Shown one piece after another: positions 12,294-26,690 of a DNA stretch of 64,000 bases. This DNA comes from Eledone cirrhosa. Taxonomy: Eukaryota. A program made the translations under genes and the position numbers. Position 1 is the first letter of the stretch; every line of letters starts with the position of its first letter. The notes under the pieces are model-generated. The model did no database searches, was not told the DNA's origin, and saw only the letters and a list, made by a program, of their open reading frames with translations. The stretch is from assembly GCA_964016885.1 (NCBI GenBank), contig OZ024765.1, positions 11,842,001 through 11,906,000 of the forward strand. Reading direction: 5' to 3'.

Positions 12294-12684
12294 ATATTGT
12301 TATACTTTGGGAGGGTCATGTTGCCAATAAGAAACACACGCACCAGTTGCTTTCACTTCAATTTATTATATATTTATAAATTTACAAATTTATAAATTTC
12401 TGGTTGGTTGGTTGGTTCCACAACCAGATAGTTGTTTATATATAGTCATAGTTCTTTCGTCACACACTCTGTGACCTCTTCAGTGACTGGGGATTCCTTT
12501 CTTTGTTTCTGTGTGTGACGAAAGAACTATGACTATATATAAACAACTATCTGGTTGTGGAACCAACCAACCAACCAGAAATTTATAAATTTGTAAATTT
12601 ATAAATATATAATAAATTGAAGTGAAAGCAACTGGTGCGTGTGTTTCTTATTGGCAACATGACCCTCCCAAAGTATAACAATAT
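12294..12684. mobile_element. 174-bp inverted repeat (43-nt spacer) of a hammerhead-bearing element, resembling a Penelope-like inverted pseudo-LTR
   Basis: 12294-12467 is the reverse complement of 12511-12684 with no mismatch seen by eye. TA-flanked. Family fragments also at 940-1215, 12218-12261 and 25840-25867. Confidence 0.75.
12444..12488 (-). ncRNA. Minimal type I hammerhead ribozyme candidate (family H3)
   Basis: Minus strand reads agtca-CTGAAGA-g-gtcaca-gagtg-tgtgac-GAAA-gaac-TA-tgact. Confidence 0.65.
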
Positions 12685-12746
12685 CGGTTTCAACACACGA
12701 TTTCAGATAAAGAATCTTGCTAAACAAATTCAGAAACGAAATATCT

Positions 12747-12817
<71 letters not shown>

Positions 12818-12820
<3 letters not shown>

Positions 12821-12995
12821 GTTTCTATTTTAGGCACAAGGCCAGCAATTACCCAGTGCATTACTGGTACTTCATTTTATCGACCCCGTAAGGATGAAAG
12901 GCAAAGTAAACCTCGGCGGGATTTGAACTCAGACCGTAAAGGGACGTAACTATGCTGGAAAGCATGGCGTCCGACTCTCTACCGATACTGCCAAT
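12818..12995 (-). mobile_element. SINE family A
   Basis: Reverse complement of the 507-693 consensus. Confidence 0.85.
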
Positions 12996-13459
12996 ATAGT
13001 GATGTATGTTGTGTGTATGATGTATGTATCAACGGTATATATGATGGGTAGTCTGTCTTAAGCTATGTGAAGTAGTGTGTGTATGTATGTTAACTATATC
13101 TCTATGTTATAAAGATTAAATTCTAAATGTCAACAATTTATTGTGTATATATATATTATAACTGGTGTATGCATATTCATACATAAGCCATAGCGAGGGG
13201 AAATCCACCTAGAAGAGCAATAAAAGCCTGCTTCAATATAGAGGGTACACTTAAGTCGTGATAAACAACCTCTCAAGTGATGGTGGTATGATAAAATATA
13301 TCCATTACATATTGACAAACTGGTTGGATGATAGGACTGGAAGCCAGCCAGATAGACCTTGCCAAAACTATGAAAGGTTCAGCTTCTGCCATAAAACTTA
13401 ATTCCATATACAGCAGTAACAGTAAGCATGGGGAAATGGATATAAGATGATGATCATGA

Positions 13460-15750
13460 TAGAGATGGATAGATGGATGGATGGAGAGATAGAGAGAAAG
13501 CTGGACATAGACAGATAGAGGGAGAGATGGGTGGATGGAGAGATTGCTGGACATCGATAGATAGATGGAGAGATGGATAGATGGATGGAGAGATAACTGG
13601 ACATAGATAGATAGATGGATGGAGAGATAGGTGGACGTGGAGAGAGAGATGGAGAGATGGAGAGATGGATAGATGGATGGAGAGATAGCTGGACATGGAG
13701 AGAGAGATGGAGAGATAGATGGAGAGGTAGCTGGACATGGAGAGAGAGATGGAGAGATGGATGGAGAGATGGATGGAGAGATAGCTGGACATGGAGAGAG
13801 AGATGGAGAGATGGATGGAGAGATGGATGGAGAGATAGCTGGACATGGAGAGAGAGATGGAGAGATGGATGGAGAGATGGATGGAGAGATAGCTGGACAT
13901 GGAGAGAGAGATGGAGAGATGGATGGAGAGATGGATGGACATGGAGAGAGAGATGGAGAGATGGATGGAGAGGTAGCTGGACATGGAGAGAGAGATGGAG
14001 AGATGGATGGAGAGATGGATGGACATGGAGAGAGAGATGGAGAGAGAGATGGAGAGATGGATGGAGAGGTAGCTGGACATGGAGAGAGAGATGGAGAGAT
14101 GGATGGAGAGATGGATGGAGAGATAGCTGGACATGGAGAGAGAGATGGAGAGATGGATGGAGAGATGGATGGACATGGAGAGATGGATGGAGAGGTAGCT
14201 GGACATGGAGAGAGAGATGGAGAGATGGATGGAGAGATGGATGGACATGGAGAGAGAGATGGAGAGAGAGATGGAGAGATGGATGGAGAGGTAGCTGGAC
14301 ATGGAGAGAGAGATGGAGAGATCGATGGAGAGATGGATGGAGAGGTAGCTGGACATGGAGAGAGAGATGGAGAGATGGATGGAGAGATGGATGGAGAGAT
14401 GGATGGAGAGATAGCTGGACATGGAGAGAGAGATGGAGAGATGGATGGAGAGATAGCTGGACATGGAGAGAGAGATGGAGAGATGGATGGAGAGATGGAT
14501 GGAGAGATAGCTGGACATGGAGAGAGAGATGGAGAGATGGATGGAGAGATGGATGGAGAGGTAGCTGGACATGGAGAGAGAGATGGAGAGATGGATGGAG
14601 AGATGGATGGAGAGGTAGCTGGACATGGAGAGAGAGATGGAGAGATGGATGGAGAGATAGCTGGACATGGAGAGAGAGATGGAGAGATGGATGGAGAGAT
14701 GGATGGAGAGATAGCTGGACATGGAGAGAGAGATGGAGAGATGGATGGAGAGATAGCTGGACATGGAGAGAGAGATGGAGAGATGGATGGAGAGGTAGCT
14801 GGACATGGAGAGAGAGATGGAGAGATGGATGGAGAGGTAGCTGGACATGGAGAGAGAGATGGAGAGATGGATGGGGAGATAACTGGACATGGAGAGAGAG
14901 ATGGAGAGATGGATGGAGAGGTAGCTGGACATGGAGAGAGAGATGGAGAGATGGATGGAGAGATAACTGGACATGGAGAGAGAGATGGAGAGATGGATGG
15001 AGAGGTAGCTGGACATGGAGAGAGAGATGGAGAGATGGATGGAGAGATAACTGGACATGGAGAGAGAGATGGAGAGATGGATGGAGAGGTAGCTGGACAT
15101 GGAGAGAGAGATGGAGAGATGGATGGAGAGATGGATGGAGAGATAGCTGGACATGGAGAGAGAGATGGAGAGATGGATGGAGAGATGGATGGAGAGATAG
15201 CTGGACATGGAGAGAGAGATGGAGAGATGGATGGAGAGATGGATGGAGAGATAGCTGGACATGGAGAGAGAGATGGAGAGATGGATGGAGAGATGGATGG
15301 AGAGATAGCTGGACATGGAGAGAGAGATGGAGAGATGGATGGAGGGATGGATGGAGAGGTAGCTGGACATGGAGAGAGAGATGGAGAGATGGATGGAGAG
15401 GTAGCTGGACATGGAGAGAGAGATGGAGAGATGGATGGAGAGATAACTGGACATGGAGAGAGAGATGGAGAGATGGATGGAGAGGTAGCTGGACATGGAG
15501 AGAGAGATGGAGAGATGGATGGAGAGGTAGCTGGACATGGAGAGAGAGATGGAGAGATGGATGGAGAGATAGCTGGACATGGAGAGAGAGATGGAGAGAT
15601 GGATGGAGAGATAGCTAGACATGGAGAGAGAGATGGAGAGATGGATGGAGAGATGGATGGAGAGATAACTGGACATGGAGAGAGAGATGGAGAGAGAGAT
15701 GGAGAGATGGATGGAGAGATAACTGCACATAGATAGATAGATGGATGGAT
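13460..15750. repeat. Purine-rich satellite built from ggagagatggat (12-mer) and gctggacatggagagagagat modules
   Basis: Direct reading; variable 45/57-bp units. Confidence 0.95.
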
Positions 15751-16326
15751 GCATGGAAAGAGATAGCTATCTTTCTTTATTTTCCACAAGGGCATACAAG
15801 AAAAGGGGACAATACAAAGACATATGGCAGGGATTTTACATACAGTCGTGTAAAAATATTGAAACAAACAATTATAACAATCGAAATCCCCAATAGGAGG
15901 GAGACGCCACAAATAGGTTGTTTAATACCCCGTAGATAGAACAACCCTTAACTCCAGGAGCGTGTTGTGCAAGTGCTCCTTTCTTCCTTTTGCTCTCTTC
16001 TTCAACCTACAGGTTTATAAACAGAGAAGGCCCAATCACTCGGGCCATTTTTACCACATTCACCCACCTTTCAGTAAATTTACAGTGCCTCTCTCTCTCC
16101 ACTCTGATTCTCCTTCTAAAGTGGTACCTAAAGAAAGATAGATGGATGGATAGGTAGAAAGAGAGATAGGCAGGTCCAACCCTAAAGAACTATATTAACA
16201 GTACACGGGTCTATGGAATGCTCAACTACTTACATATATTTAACGAGCTGGCTAATTGTTTGAATACCTGAAACAGGTGTTCTTGTTGGTAATGATGGAA
16301 GACCAATGCAATGTATGTGAGCTATG

Positions 16327-16521
16327 TTAACCCTTTACCATTCAAACTGGTCATATTCGGCCAGGATTCTCTCACCTCGGCAATGACCGGCTACTCATAC
16401 TAATGTTAAGGTATTGTTCTCAAAATAAATAATATCAAAATCTTGTAGCTTCGATATTATGCGAGATAAAGCCTTTTCTGTGTAAATACAATAGAGAGCA
16501 ACGTGAATGCCAAAGGGTTAA
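16327..16521. mobile_element. piggyBac-like MITE (TTAA-CCC...GGG-TTAA)
   Basis: ttaaccctttaccatt...aatgccaaagggttaa. Homologues at 54508-54722, 37630-37912 and 49182-49533. Confidence 0.7.
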
Positions 16522-16524
16522 TTG

Positions 16525-17697
16525 CACAAGGTCAGCAATTACCCCAGTGCGTGACTGGTACTTTATTTTATCAACCCCTTAAGGATGAAAGGCAAAGTTA
16601 ACCTCGGCGGGATTTGAACTCAGACCATAAAGGGCCGTAACTATGCGTCAAGGCATGGGGTCCGACCCTCTACCGATACTGCCAATTCACTATAATAATA
16701 ATTGTTTCTGCTTTTGGCACAAGGCCAGTAATTACTGGTACTTTATTTTATCAACCCTGCAAGGATGGAAGGCAAAGTCAACTTTGGTGGGATTTGAACT
16801 CAGTACGTAAAGGGCCTTAACTCTATGCAGCAAAGCATGTTGTCCAGCACTCTATTGAAATAATAATAATAGTTGTTTCTATTTTTGGCACATGGCCAGT
16901 AATTACCCGTGTATTACTGGTACTTTATTTTATGAACCCTGTAAGGATGGAAGGCAAAGTCAACTTTGGTGGGATTTGAACTCAGTATGTAAAGGGCCTT
17001 AACTCTATGCAGCAAAGCATGTTGTCCAACACTCTATTGAAATAATAATAATAGTTGTTTCTATTTTTGGCACATGGCCAGCAATTACCCAGTTCATTAC
17101 TGGTACTTTATTTTATCGACCCCGTAAGGATGAAAGGCAAAGTCTACCTCGGCGGGATTTGAACTCAGATCGTAAAGGGACGTAACTATGCTGGAAAGCA
17201 TGGCGCCCGACCCTCTACTGATACTGCCAATCCACTCTAGTGAAATAATAATAATAGTTGTTTCTATTTTTGGCACAAGGCCAGTAATTACGCCAGTGTA
17301 TTACTGGTACTTTATTTTATCAACTCTGTAAGGATGGAAGGCAAAGTCAACTTTGGTGGGATTTTAACTCAGTACGTAAAGGGCCTTAACTCTATGCAGC
17401 AAAGCATGTTGTCCAGCACTCTATTGAAATAATAATTGTTTCTACTTTAGGCACACGGCCAGCAATTACCCAGTGCATTACTGGTACTTTATTGAACTCT
17501 ATTAAAATAATAGTTGTTTCTATTTTTGGAACAAGGCCAGCAATTACCCCAGTGTATTACTGGTACTTTATTTTATCGACCCCGTAAGAATGAATTGCAA
17601 AGCTAAGTTCGGTGGAATTTGAACTGAGAACATACGGGACGATATCTCGATGTCGCTAAGCATAGTGTCCGACGCTCTACCGATTCTGCCAATCCAA
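16525..17697 (-). mobile_element. Cluster of ~7 tandem SINE-A copies and subfamily variants
   Basis: Repeated ttgtttct...ggcacaaggccag...ctggtactttattttatc...gatttgaactcag units, separated by aataataat. Confidence 0.85.
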
Positions 17698-18318
17698 TAA
17701 CAACATCAGTGTCTGGTGAGAGAATCCTTACTTTGGAGAGACCAGACCAATTTGTTTAATAAATAAATAGATATAAATAGACACACAAATATACACGGGA
17801 ATAAAAGATCTCCTGAAGACAGCTAATGGAATGGATATTAGGAAGGAGGGAACAGGGTGTGGGGAGGTGAGGGTGGGGGAGGAGGGGAATACAGGGGGGG
17901 GGGTAGTACTATGACAATTTATAAAAGTGTTGGTGATGATTGTAATAATGATGAGGGTGGGTGTGATGATGGGGTGATGGTAGTGGCATGATTATGCTAT
18001 TTATATATATATATATACACATATATATGTACATACATACACATGTATATATACATATATATATGTATATATAAACATATACATAGATATAGATACATAC
18101 ATATATAAATACATACATACATATATACATATATATATAAATACATATATACATATATATATAAATACATACATACATATAATATATATACACACATACA
18201 TATATATATATATAAATATACACACACATATACATATATATATACACATTTACACAGATACACATATATATATATACATGCAAACATATATATATAAATA
18301 CATACATATAATATATAT

Positions 18319-18379
<61 letters not shown>

Positions 18380-18475
18380 TATATATACATATATCATCAT
18401 TTTCATCATTTCATTTTACGCCCGCTTTTTCCCTACTTGCAAGGGTGGGACGTATACATACACATATACATATAC

Positions 18476-18506
<31 letters not shown>

Positions 18507-19369
18507 TATATATATATATATATATATAAACACATATACACAAATATATATATCCATGCAAACATACATATATATACATACATACATACACTCATTTATA
18601 CATACACATATGTACATTCACATATGTACATACACACATATATATATACATACATACATATATATATACATATACACAGATATATATATACATACATATA
18701 TATATACATATACACAGATATATATATACATGCAAACAAACATACATATATATACATACATACATACATACATACATACACTCATTTATACATACACATA
18801 TGTACATACGCATATGTACATACATACATATATATATATACATACATATATATGAAGAAAGAGAACGAGCGAGATATATATATATATATATATAGAGAGA
18901 GAGGGGGGGAGACGGGGGGAGAGGGGGGGAGACAGGGAGAGGGGGGGACAGGGACAGACTGATGTGTGTCAGATGACAGTCAGGACAGGAGTTTTTGATT
19001 TGGTATATAATCATTGATGGTGTTTGTGGGGCTGACATTCTAACAATAGGCTCGGTGGGGTGTTGCTTTAAAAATACCCCTGATAGACAGATTGTATTTG
19101 TTATGGTGTGGAGATGGGGGTAAGGAGAAGGGGGATGAGGGTGGGGAGGTGTTTCAGCTAGTAAAGGTATATATATGTATATATATGTGTGTGTATATAT
19201 GTATATATATATGTGTGTGTGCATATATATATATATATATATAAATGTCACTGGACCGAGACCTTTGGCGGTACTCAGTAACAGAGAAGACCCACCTTGC
19301 CAGTAGGCATCTCTAACAAAATACACCCCGTCCCACCACCACCACCCCCACCCCATCCACACCACCCCG

Positions 19370-19678
19370 TCCTATGTAAAGTTATGTTGGTGCCGCGCCA
19401 TCCGGGCCGAAACAAATGAGATCGTGTAGGTGTCACGACAAAAAACACACAGTCCACGCTGTAATGTGGCCGTGTAGGCAACACGGTAAAAACCTCCCAG
19501 ACCCACACTGTAAATGTGGTTGGTGTTAGGAAGGGCATCCAACTGTAGAAAACCTGCCAGACAGTCCTATGCGAGCAAGACAATCACTCTTGCCTCAAGT
19601 GGGACTACCCCCGTCCAAACCCATGCAAGCGTGGAACACGGACGTTAAACGTTGATGATGATGATGATGATGATGATG
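19370..19678 (+). mobile_element. RTE-tailed SINE 3' region (variant carrying a gtgtcacgac...gtaatgtggcc module)
   Basis: ggttggtgttaggaagggcatcc...cccatgcaagcgtggaacacggacgttaaac(gat)n. Homologous to 37995-38260 and 49534-49800. Confidence 0.7.
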
Positions 19679-19757
<79 letters not shown>

Positions 19758-20081
19758 GTATGTATGTATGTATATATATATGTGTGCTTGTGTGTGTGTG
19801 CGTATATATATATATATAAATATATATATACACATATATATGTACACACAAACAAATACATATATATATATATATACACATATATATAAATACATACATA
19901 CATATGAATACATACATACATATATATACATATGTGTGTGTGTGTGTGTGTGCATGTATATATATATATATATACATATACATACATACATATATACATA
20001 CATACATACATACATACATACACACACATATATACATACATACAACTAAATACATATATATATATATATATACATAGACAC

Positions 20082-20116
<35 letters not shown>

Positions 20117-20444
20117 CACATACATACACATAGCACACAAATGCTCACACAATACACACACACACACAAACACATACACACATACACGCATACTTACAAA
20201 CACACACACACATACATACACCCCCCACACACACACACACACCCACACACACACACACAAAATAAGCAAGGAATGAAGAACCTAGAAGAATGATTGGTTT
20301 TTCTGGAGAAGCACGGCTGAACTGAGAAGAACGAGTATTTTACTAATCCCTACCTTAGGGAGATTTAAATAGAAATACCATAAGATGGAGGGATTAAATA
20401 CCATGAGGTATTTAGTTACCTGTCATCATTGCTATTATCGTCGT

Positions 20445-21065
20445 ATTCATCATCATCGTCATCATCATCATCACTTATCATCACTTATCATCAATCTCAA
20501 CATAATCAACCTCAGCATAATCATCATCATCATCATCATCATCATTATCACCATCATCATCATCTCCACCATCTCCACCATCATCAGCACCACTATCATC
20601 ACAACCATCATCATCACCATCATCGTCACCATCATCATCATCACCATCACCATCACCATCACCACCACTATCACCATCATCACCACCATCACCATCACCA
20701 TCACCATCATCACCACCACCATCACCACCATCACCATCATCACCATCACCACCATCACCATCACCACCATCATCACCATCATCACCACCATCACCATCAC
20801 CTCCACCATCACTACCATCACCATCATCTCCACCATCACTACCATCACCATCACCACCATCATCACCACCATCATCACCATCATCATCACCACTATCACC
20901 ACCACGATCACCACTATCATCACCATCACCGCCACCATCATCATCATCATCGTCAACACCATCACCCCCCCACCATCACCATCACCATCACCACCATCAC
21001 CATCACCATCACCACCACCACCATCACCACTAACATCAATGTCAACGCCATCATCATCCTCACCA
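20445..21065. repeat. (CAT/CAC)n trinucleotide tract
   Basis: Direct reading. Confidence 0.95.
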
Positions 21066-21079
21066 CCATATCATCACAA

Positions 21080-22411
21080 CAAAGCAAGATATACCACAGC
21101 AGACAAAGATATCATTACAGCAGGGCAGGATATACCACAGCAGAGTATGATATCATCACAGCAGGGTATGATATCATCACAGCAGGGTATGATATCATCA
21201 CAGCAGAGAAAGATATCATCACAACAGAGAAAGATATCAACACAACTGGGTAAGATATACCACAATGGAGAAATATATCATCACAGCAGGATGAGATATA
21301 CCCTAACAGAGCAAGATATCATCACAACAGAGAAAGATATACCACCCAGAGCAAGATAACATCACAACAAAGAAAGATATGCCACACAGAGCAAGATATC
21401 ATCACAGTAGATAAAGATATACCACCCAGAGCAAGATATCATCACAACAGAGAAAGATATACCACATAGAGCAAGATATTATCACAGCAGGGTAAGATAT
21501 CATCATAACAGCAGTGGATATCAGCATATCTGGTAAGAGATATCGCCGTAACAGAGCAAGATACCATCAAAGTGGAAGTGTTTATAATTATGATGCAGTT
21601 TGATATCATCAATGACAAAGCTGGATATCATAATATCATACAGAGAATCATGGTGGTGATATCCTTTGTCACCACCCAGAGAAAGATATCATCACAGCAG
21701 AGAAAGATATACCACATAGAGCAAGATATCATCACAGCACAGAAAGATATACCACCCAGAGCAAGATATTATCACAGCAGGGTAAGATATACCACACAGA
21801 GGAAGATATCATCACAACAGAGAAAGATATACCACATAGAGCAAGATATTATCACAGCAGGGTAAGATATCATCATAACAGCAGTGGATATCAGCATATC
21901 TGGTAAGAGATATCGCCGTAACAGAGCAAGATACCATCAAAGTGGAAGTGTTTATAATTATGATGCAGTTTGATATCATCAATGACAAAGCTGGATATCA
22001 TAATATCATACAGAGAATCATGGTGGTGATATCCTTTGTCACCACCCAGAGAAAGATATCATCACAGCAGAGAAAGATATACCACATAGAGCAAGATATC
22101 ATCACAGCACAGAAAGATATACCACCCAGAGCAAGATATTATCACAGCAGGGTAAGTAAGATATACCACACAGAGCAAGATATCATCACAACAGAGAAAG
22201 ATATACCACATAGAGCAAGATATTATCACAGCAGGGTAAGATTTCATCATAACAGCAGTGGATATCAGCATATCTGGTAAGAGATATCGCCGTAACAGAG
22301 CAAGATACCATCAAAGTGGAAGTGGTTATAATTATGATGCAGTTTGATATCATCAATGACAAAGCTGGATATCATATCATACAGAGAATCATGGTGGTGA
22401 TATCCTTTGTC
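21080..22411. repeat. 20-21-bp GATATC-rich minisatellite with a ~370-bp higher-order triplication
   Basis: Monomers agagcaagatatcatcacaac and agagaaagatataccacat. The block gtggaagtg(t/g)ttataattatg recurs at 21572, 21942 and 22316. Confidence 0.9.
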
Positions 22412-22559
22412 TGCTGTCATCTGTTATTGCTAATGTGTAGTATCAAAAGATCTATTTATACTAATATGGTAATATCTCTGTTCTTTATGCAAATGATGCG
22501 CTATAAAATTTATCACATTAACCGATATCCTTCTGAAGTACCGATATTTATTTGCTTTT

Positions 22560-24726
22560 AGTGATGGTGGGGGTGATGATGGGGGTGAGGGTGGGGGTGA
22601 GGGTGGGGGGTGATGACAGAAGAGGTGGTGAGGATGATGCCAGGGGTGATGAGGAAGATGACAATGGCAGCGCTGTTGATGATGATGATGATGATGATGA
22701 TGATGACAGTGGAGGTGGTGATAATGGTGGTGGTGATGGAGATAGTGATAATGGAGGTGGTGATAATGGTGGTGGTGATGGAGATAGTGATAATGGAGGT
22801 GGTGATAAGGGTGGTGGTGATGGAGATAGTGATAATGGTGGTGGTGATAAGGGTGGTGGTGATGGAGATAGTGATAATGGTGGTGGTGATAAGGGTGGTG
22901 GTGATGGAGATAGTGATAATGGAGGTGGTGATAATGGTGGTGGTGATGGAGATAGTGATAATGGAGGTGGTGATAAGGGTGGTGGTGATGGAGATAGTGA
23001 TAATGGAGGTGGTGATAATGGTGGTGGTGATGGAGATAGTGATAATGGAGGTGGTGATAAGGGTGGTGGTGATAAGGGTGGTGGTGATGGAGATAGTGAT
23101 AATGGAGGTGGTGATAATGGTGGTGGTGATAAGGGTGGTGGTGATGGAGATAGTGATAATGGAGGTGGTGATAAGGGTGGTGGTGATGGAGATAGTGATA
23201 ATGGTGGTGGTGATAAGGGTGGTGGTGATGGAGATAGTGATAATGGAGGTGGTGATAAGGGTGGTGGTGATAAGGGTGGTGGTGATGGAGATAGTGATAA
23301 TGGAGGTGGTGATAATGGTGGTGGTGATAAGGGTGGTGGTGATGGAGATAGTGATAATGGAGGTGGTGATAAGGGTGGTGGTGATGGAGATAGTGATAAT
23401 GGAGGTGGTGATAATGGTGGTGGTGATGGAGATAGTGATAATGGAGGTGGTGATAAGGGTGGTGGTGATGGAGATAGTGATAATGGTGGTGGTGATAAGG
23501 GTGGTGGTGATGGAGATAGTGATAATGGTGGTGGTGATAAGGGTGGTGGTGATGGAGATAGTGATAATGGAGGTGGTGATAAGGGTGGTGGTGATGGAGA
23601 TAGTGATAATGGTGGTGGTGATAAGGGTGGTGGTGATGGAGATAGTGATAATGGAGGTGGTGATAAGGGTGGTGGTGATGGAGATAGTGATAATGGTGGT
23701 GGTGATAAGGGTGGTGGTGATGGAGATAGTGATAATGGTGGTGGTGATAAGGGTGGTGGTGATGGAGATAGTGATAATGGAGGTGGTGATAAGGGTGGTG
23801 GTGATGGAGATAGTGATAATGGTGGTGGTGATAAGGGTGGTGGTGATGGAGATAGTGATAATGGTGGTGGTGATAAGGGTGGTGGTGATGGAGATAGTGA
23901 TAATGGAGGTGGTGATAAGGGTGGTGGTGATGGAGATAGTGATAATGGTGGTGGTGATAAGGGTGGTGGTGATGGAGATAGTGATAATGGAGGTGGTGAT
24001 AAGGGTGGTGGTGATGGAGATAGTGATAATGGTGGTGGTGATAAGGGTGGTGGTGATGGAGATAGTGATAATGGTGGTGGTGATAAGGGTGGTGGTGATG
24101 GAGATAGTGATAATGGAGGTGGTGATAATGGTGGTGGTGATGGAGATAGTGATAATGGAGGTGGTGATAAGGGTGGTGGTGATGGAGATAGTGATAATGG
24201 TGGTGGTGATAAGGGTGGTGGTGATGGAGATAGTGATAATGGTGGTGGTGATAAGGGTGGTGGTGATGGAGATAGTGATAATGGAGGTGGTGATAAGGGT
24301 GGTGGTGATGGAGATAGTGATAATGGTGGTGGTGATAAGGGTGGTGGTGATGGAGATAGTGATAATGGAGGTGGTGATAATGGTGGTGGTGATGGAGATA
24401 GTGATAATGGTGGTGGTGATAATGGTGGTAGTGATAATGGTGATGATGGTGACAGTGGAGGTGGTGATAATGGTGGTGGTGATGGTGGTGGTGGTGATAA
24501 TGGTGGTGGTGATGGTGGTGGTGGTGATAATGGTGATGTTGGTGACAGTGGTAATGATGATGGTGCTGGTGGTAGTGAAAATGACGATGACAGCGGTGGT
24601 GGTGGTGGTGGTGGTGATAATGATGACAGTGATGACAATGATGGTGATAATGATGGTAATAGTAGTAGTGGTGGTGGTACTGGTGTTAGAAGTAGTAGTA
24701 GTAGTAGCAGTAACAGTAGTAGTAGC

Positions 24727-24758
<32 letters not shown>

Positions 24759-24766
24759 TAGTAGTG

Positions 24767-24806
<40 letters not shown>

Positions 24807-25155
24807 CAGCAATAGTAGCAGTAACAGTAGTAGTAGTAGCAGCAATAGTAGCAGTAACAGTAGTAGTAGCAGTAATAGCAGCAGTAGTAGTAGTAGCAGC
24901 AGTAGTAGCAGCAGCAGAAGTAGTAGCAGCAGTAGTAGTAGTAGTAGCAGCAGCAGCAATAGTAGCAGTAACAGTAGTAGTAGCAGTAACAGTAGTAGTA
25001 GTAGTAGCAGCAGCAGCAGTAGTAGTAGCAGCAGCAGCAGTAGTATTAGTAGCAGTAACAGCAGTAGTAGCAGTAGTAGTAGTAGTAGTAGCAGCAGCAG
25101 TAGTAGTAGTAACAGTAGTAGTAGCAGTAGTAGTAGCAGTAGTAGTAGGAGGTAG
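22560..25155. repeat. 39-bp GGT/GAT satellite (22710-24420) grading into (AGT/AGC)n
   Basis: Unit ggagatagtgataatggWggtggtgataaKggtggtggtgat. Confidence 0.95.
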
Positions 25156-25702
25156 AGGAGGGGGAGATGTAACTTTATCGATCTGTCGCCTTCCATCTTC
25201 GATCTTTTTCTTAACAGGAGTCTCAACTCTGACAACAATAGAATTTTTGATGTAACATGATATATAGGTAATGGATAGACAGGTGTGTGTGTGTGTTTAT
25301 ATATATATATATATATATAGTGTTGAGCTCTGCTGATGATCGAATCCAACCGTGACCATCCCCACTGAAAGTTTTGTGAAATAGTCTTTTCAAGACTATA
25401 CAGAGCATTTGTAGTTTTTCCTAATTAAAGGATGAGTATTTTAAACTTTATTTTATCATGAATTAAGGCTCTATTGATTTTTCCCTGGATTTCACTAAAT
25501 TCTGTTGGATGAATCTATATCCTGATTCTTTTTGAATTGAGTTTGAATTATTTTTCCCACATCTTACGTTAACTATTTCCCCATTTTGACGCTATAGTCA
25601 CTTATATATTATGGAATACTGTTGGCTTCTTGCTACAATACTTTCTATACTTTTCATTTATATATATATATTATATTTTCATTTATATATATATATATAT
25701 TA

Positions 25703-25767
25703 TATTTTATCTGATGAAAGCGCACCATAATTTGCTTTGGTGTCCTTGAAATATGTATAATGAAATA
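25703..25767 (+). ncRNA. Type I hammerhead ribozyme candidate (family H1, second copy)
   Basis: tattttat-CTGATGA-aagcgcacca-taatttgctt-tggtgtcctt-GAAA-tatgta-TA-atgaaata. Same downstream flank (aatatggttttataaatata) as the 7132 copy. Confidence 0.7.
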
Positions 25768-25809
25768 AATATGGTTTTATAAATATAGTTTCCATTTAAT
25801 AATATATTG

Positions 25810-25841
<32 letters not shown>

Positions 25842-26104
25842 TATTGTTATACTTTGGGAGGGTCATACATATATGTATATATATGTATATATACATATAT
25901 GTATATATATGTATATATACATATATGTATACATATATATATACATATATGTATACATATATATACATATGTGTATGCATATATATATATACATATGCAT
26001 ATATACACATATATGGATACATATAAGTAAAAATATATATACATATCTATATATATATATATATATATTAATTTTGCTTTGTCGGTTCACCACTGGATAG
26101 AAAT

Positions 26105-26690
26105 AATTATTCCCCCTTTTGGCACAAGGCCAGCACTTATCCCAGTACATTACTGGTACTTTATTTTATCGACCCCGTAAGGATGAAAGGTAAAGTTTAC
26201 CATGGTGGGATTTGAACTCAGATCGGAAAGGGACGAAACTCTATGCTGCAACGCATGGCGTCTGACCCTCTTCTGATGTTGCCAATCAGCAAAAATAATT
26301 GTTTCTACTTTTGGCACAAGGCCAGCAATTACCCAGTGCATTACTGGTACTTTTATTTTATCGACCCCGTAAGGATGAAAGGCAAAGTCAACCTCGGCGG
26401 GATTTGAACTCAGATCGTAAAGGGACGTAACTCTATGCTGGAAAGCATGGCGTCCGACCCTCTACCGATACTGGCAATCCACCGCAAAAATAATTGTTTC
26501 TACTTTAGGCACAAGGCCAGCAATTACCCAGTGCATTACTGGTACTTTTATTTTATCGACCCCGTAAGGATGAAAGGCAAAGTCAACCTCGGCGGGATTT
26601 GAACTCAGGTCGTAAAGGGACGTAACTCTATGCTGGAAAGCATGGCGACCGACCCTCTACCGATACTGCCAATACACCGCAAAAATAATG
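26105..26690 (-). mobile_element. Three tandem SINE-A copies (~190-bp period)
   Basis: Units separated by gcaaaaataat; copies 2 and 3 are near-identical. Confidence 0.85.

Noticed and set aside
13273-15912. Long ORFs (667-879 aa) on both strands
   Set aside because: Translations of a stop-poor satellite, open in several frames on both strands, with no non-repetitive domain or splice support.
25218-25267. Plus-strand segment with a strong acceptor (tttttcttaacag) and gtaatg donor
   Set aside because: Stops in all three frames and no partner exons found; at most a UTR exon.
22548-25349. 867-933 aa Gly/Asp/Ser-, Val- or Pro/Leu-rich ORFs
   Set aside because: Trinucleotide-based satellite open in multiple frames. 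A structural-protein exon cannot be fully excluded without RNA data, but nothing supports it.
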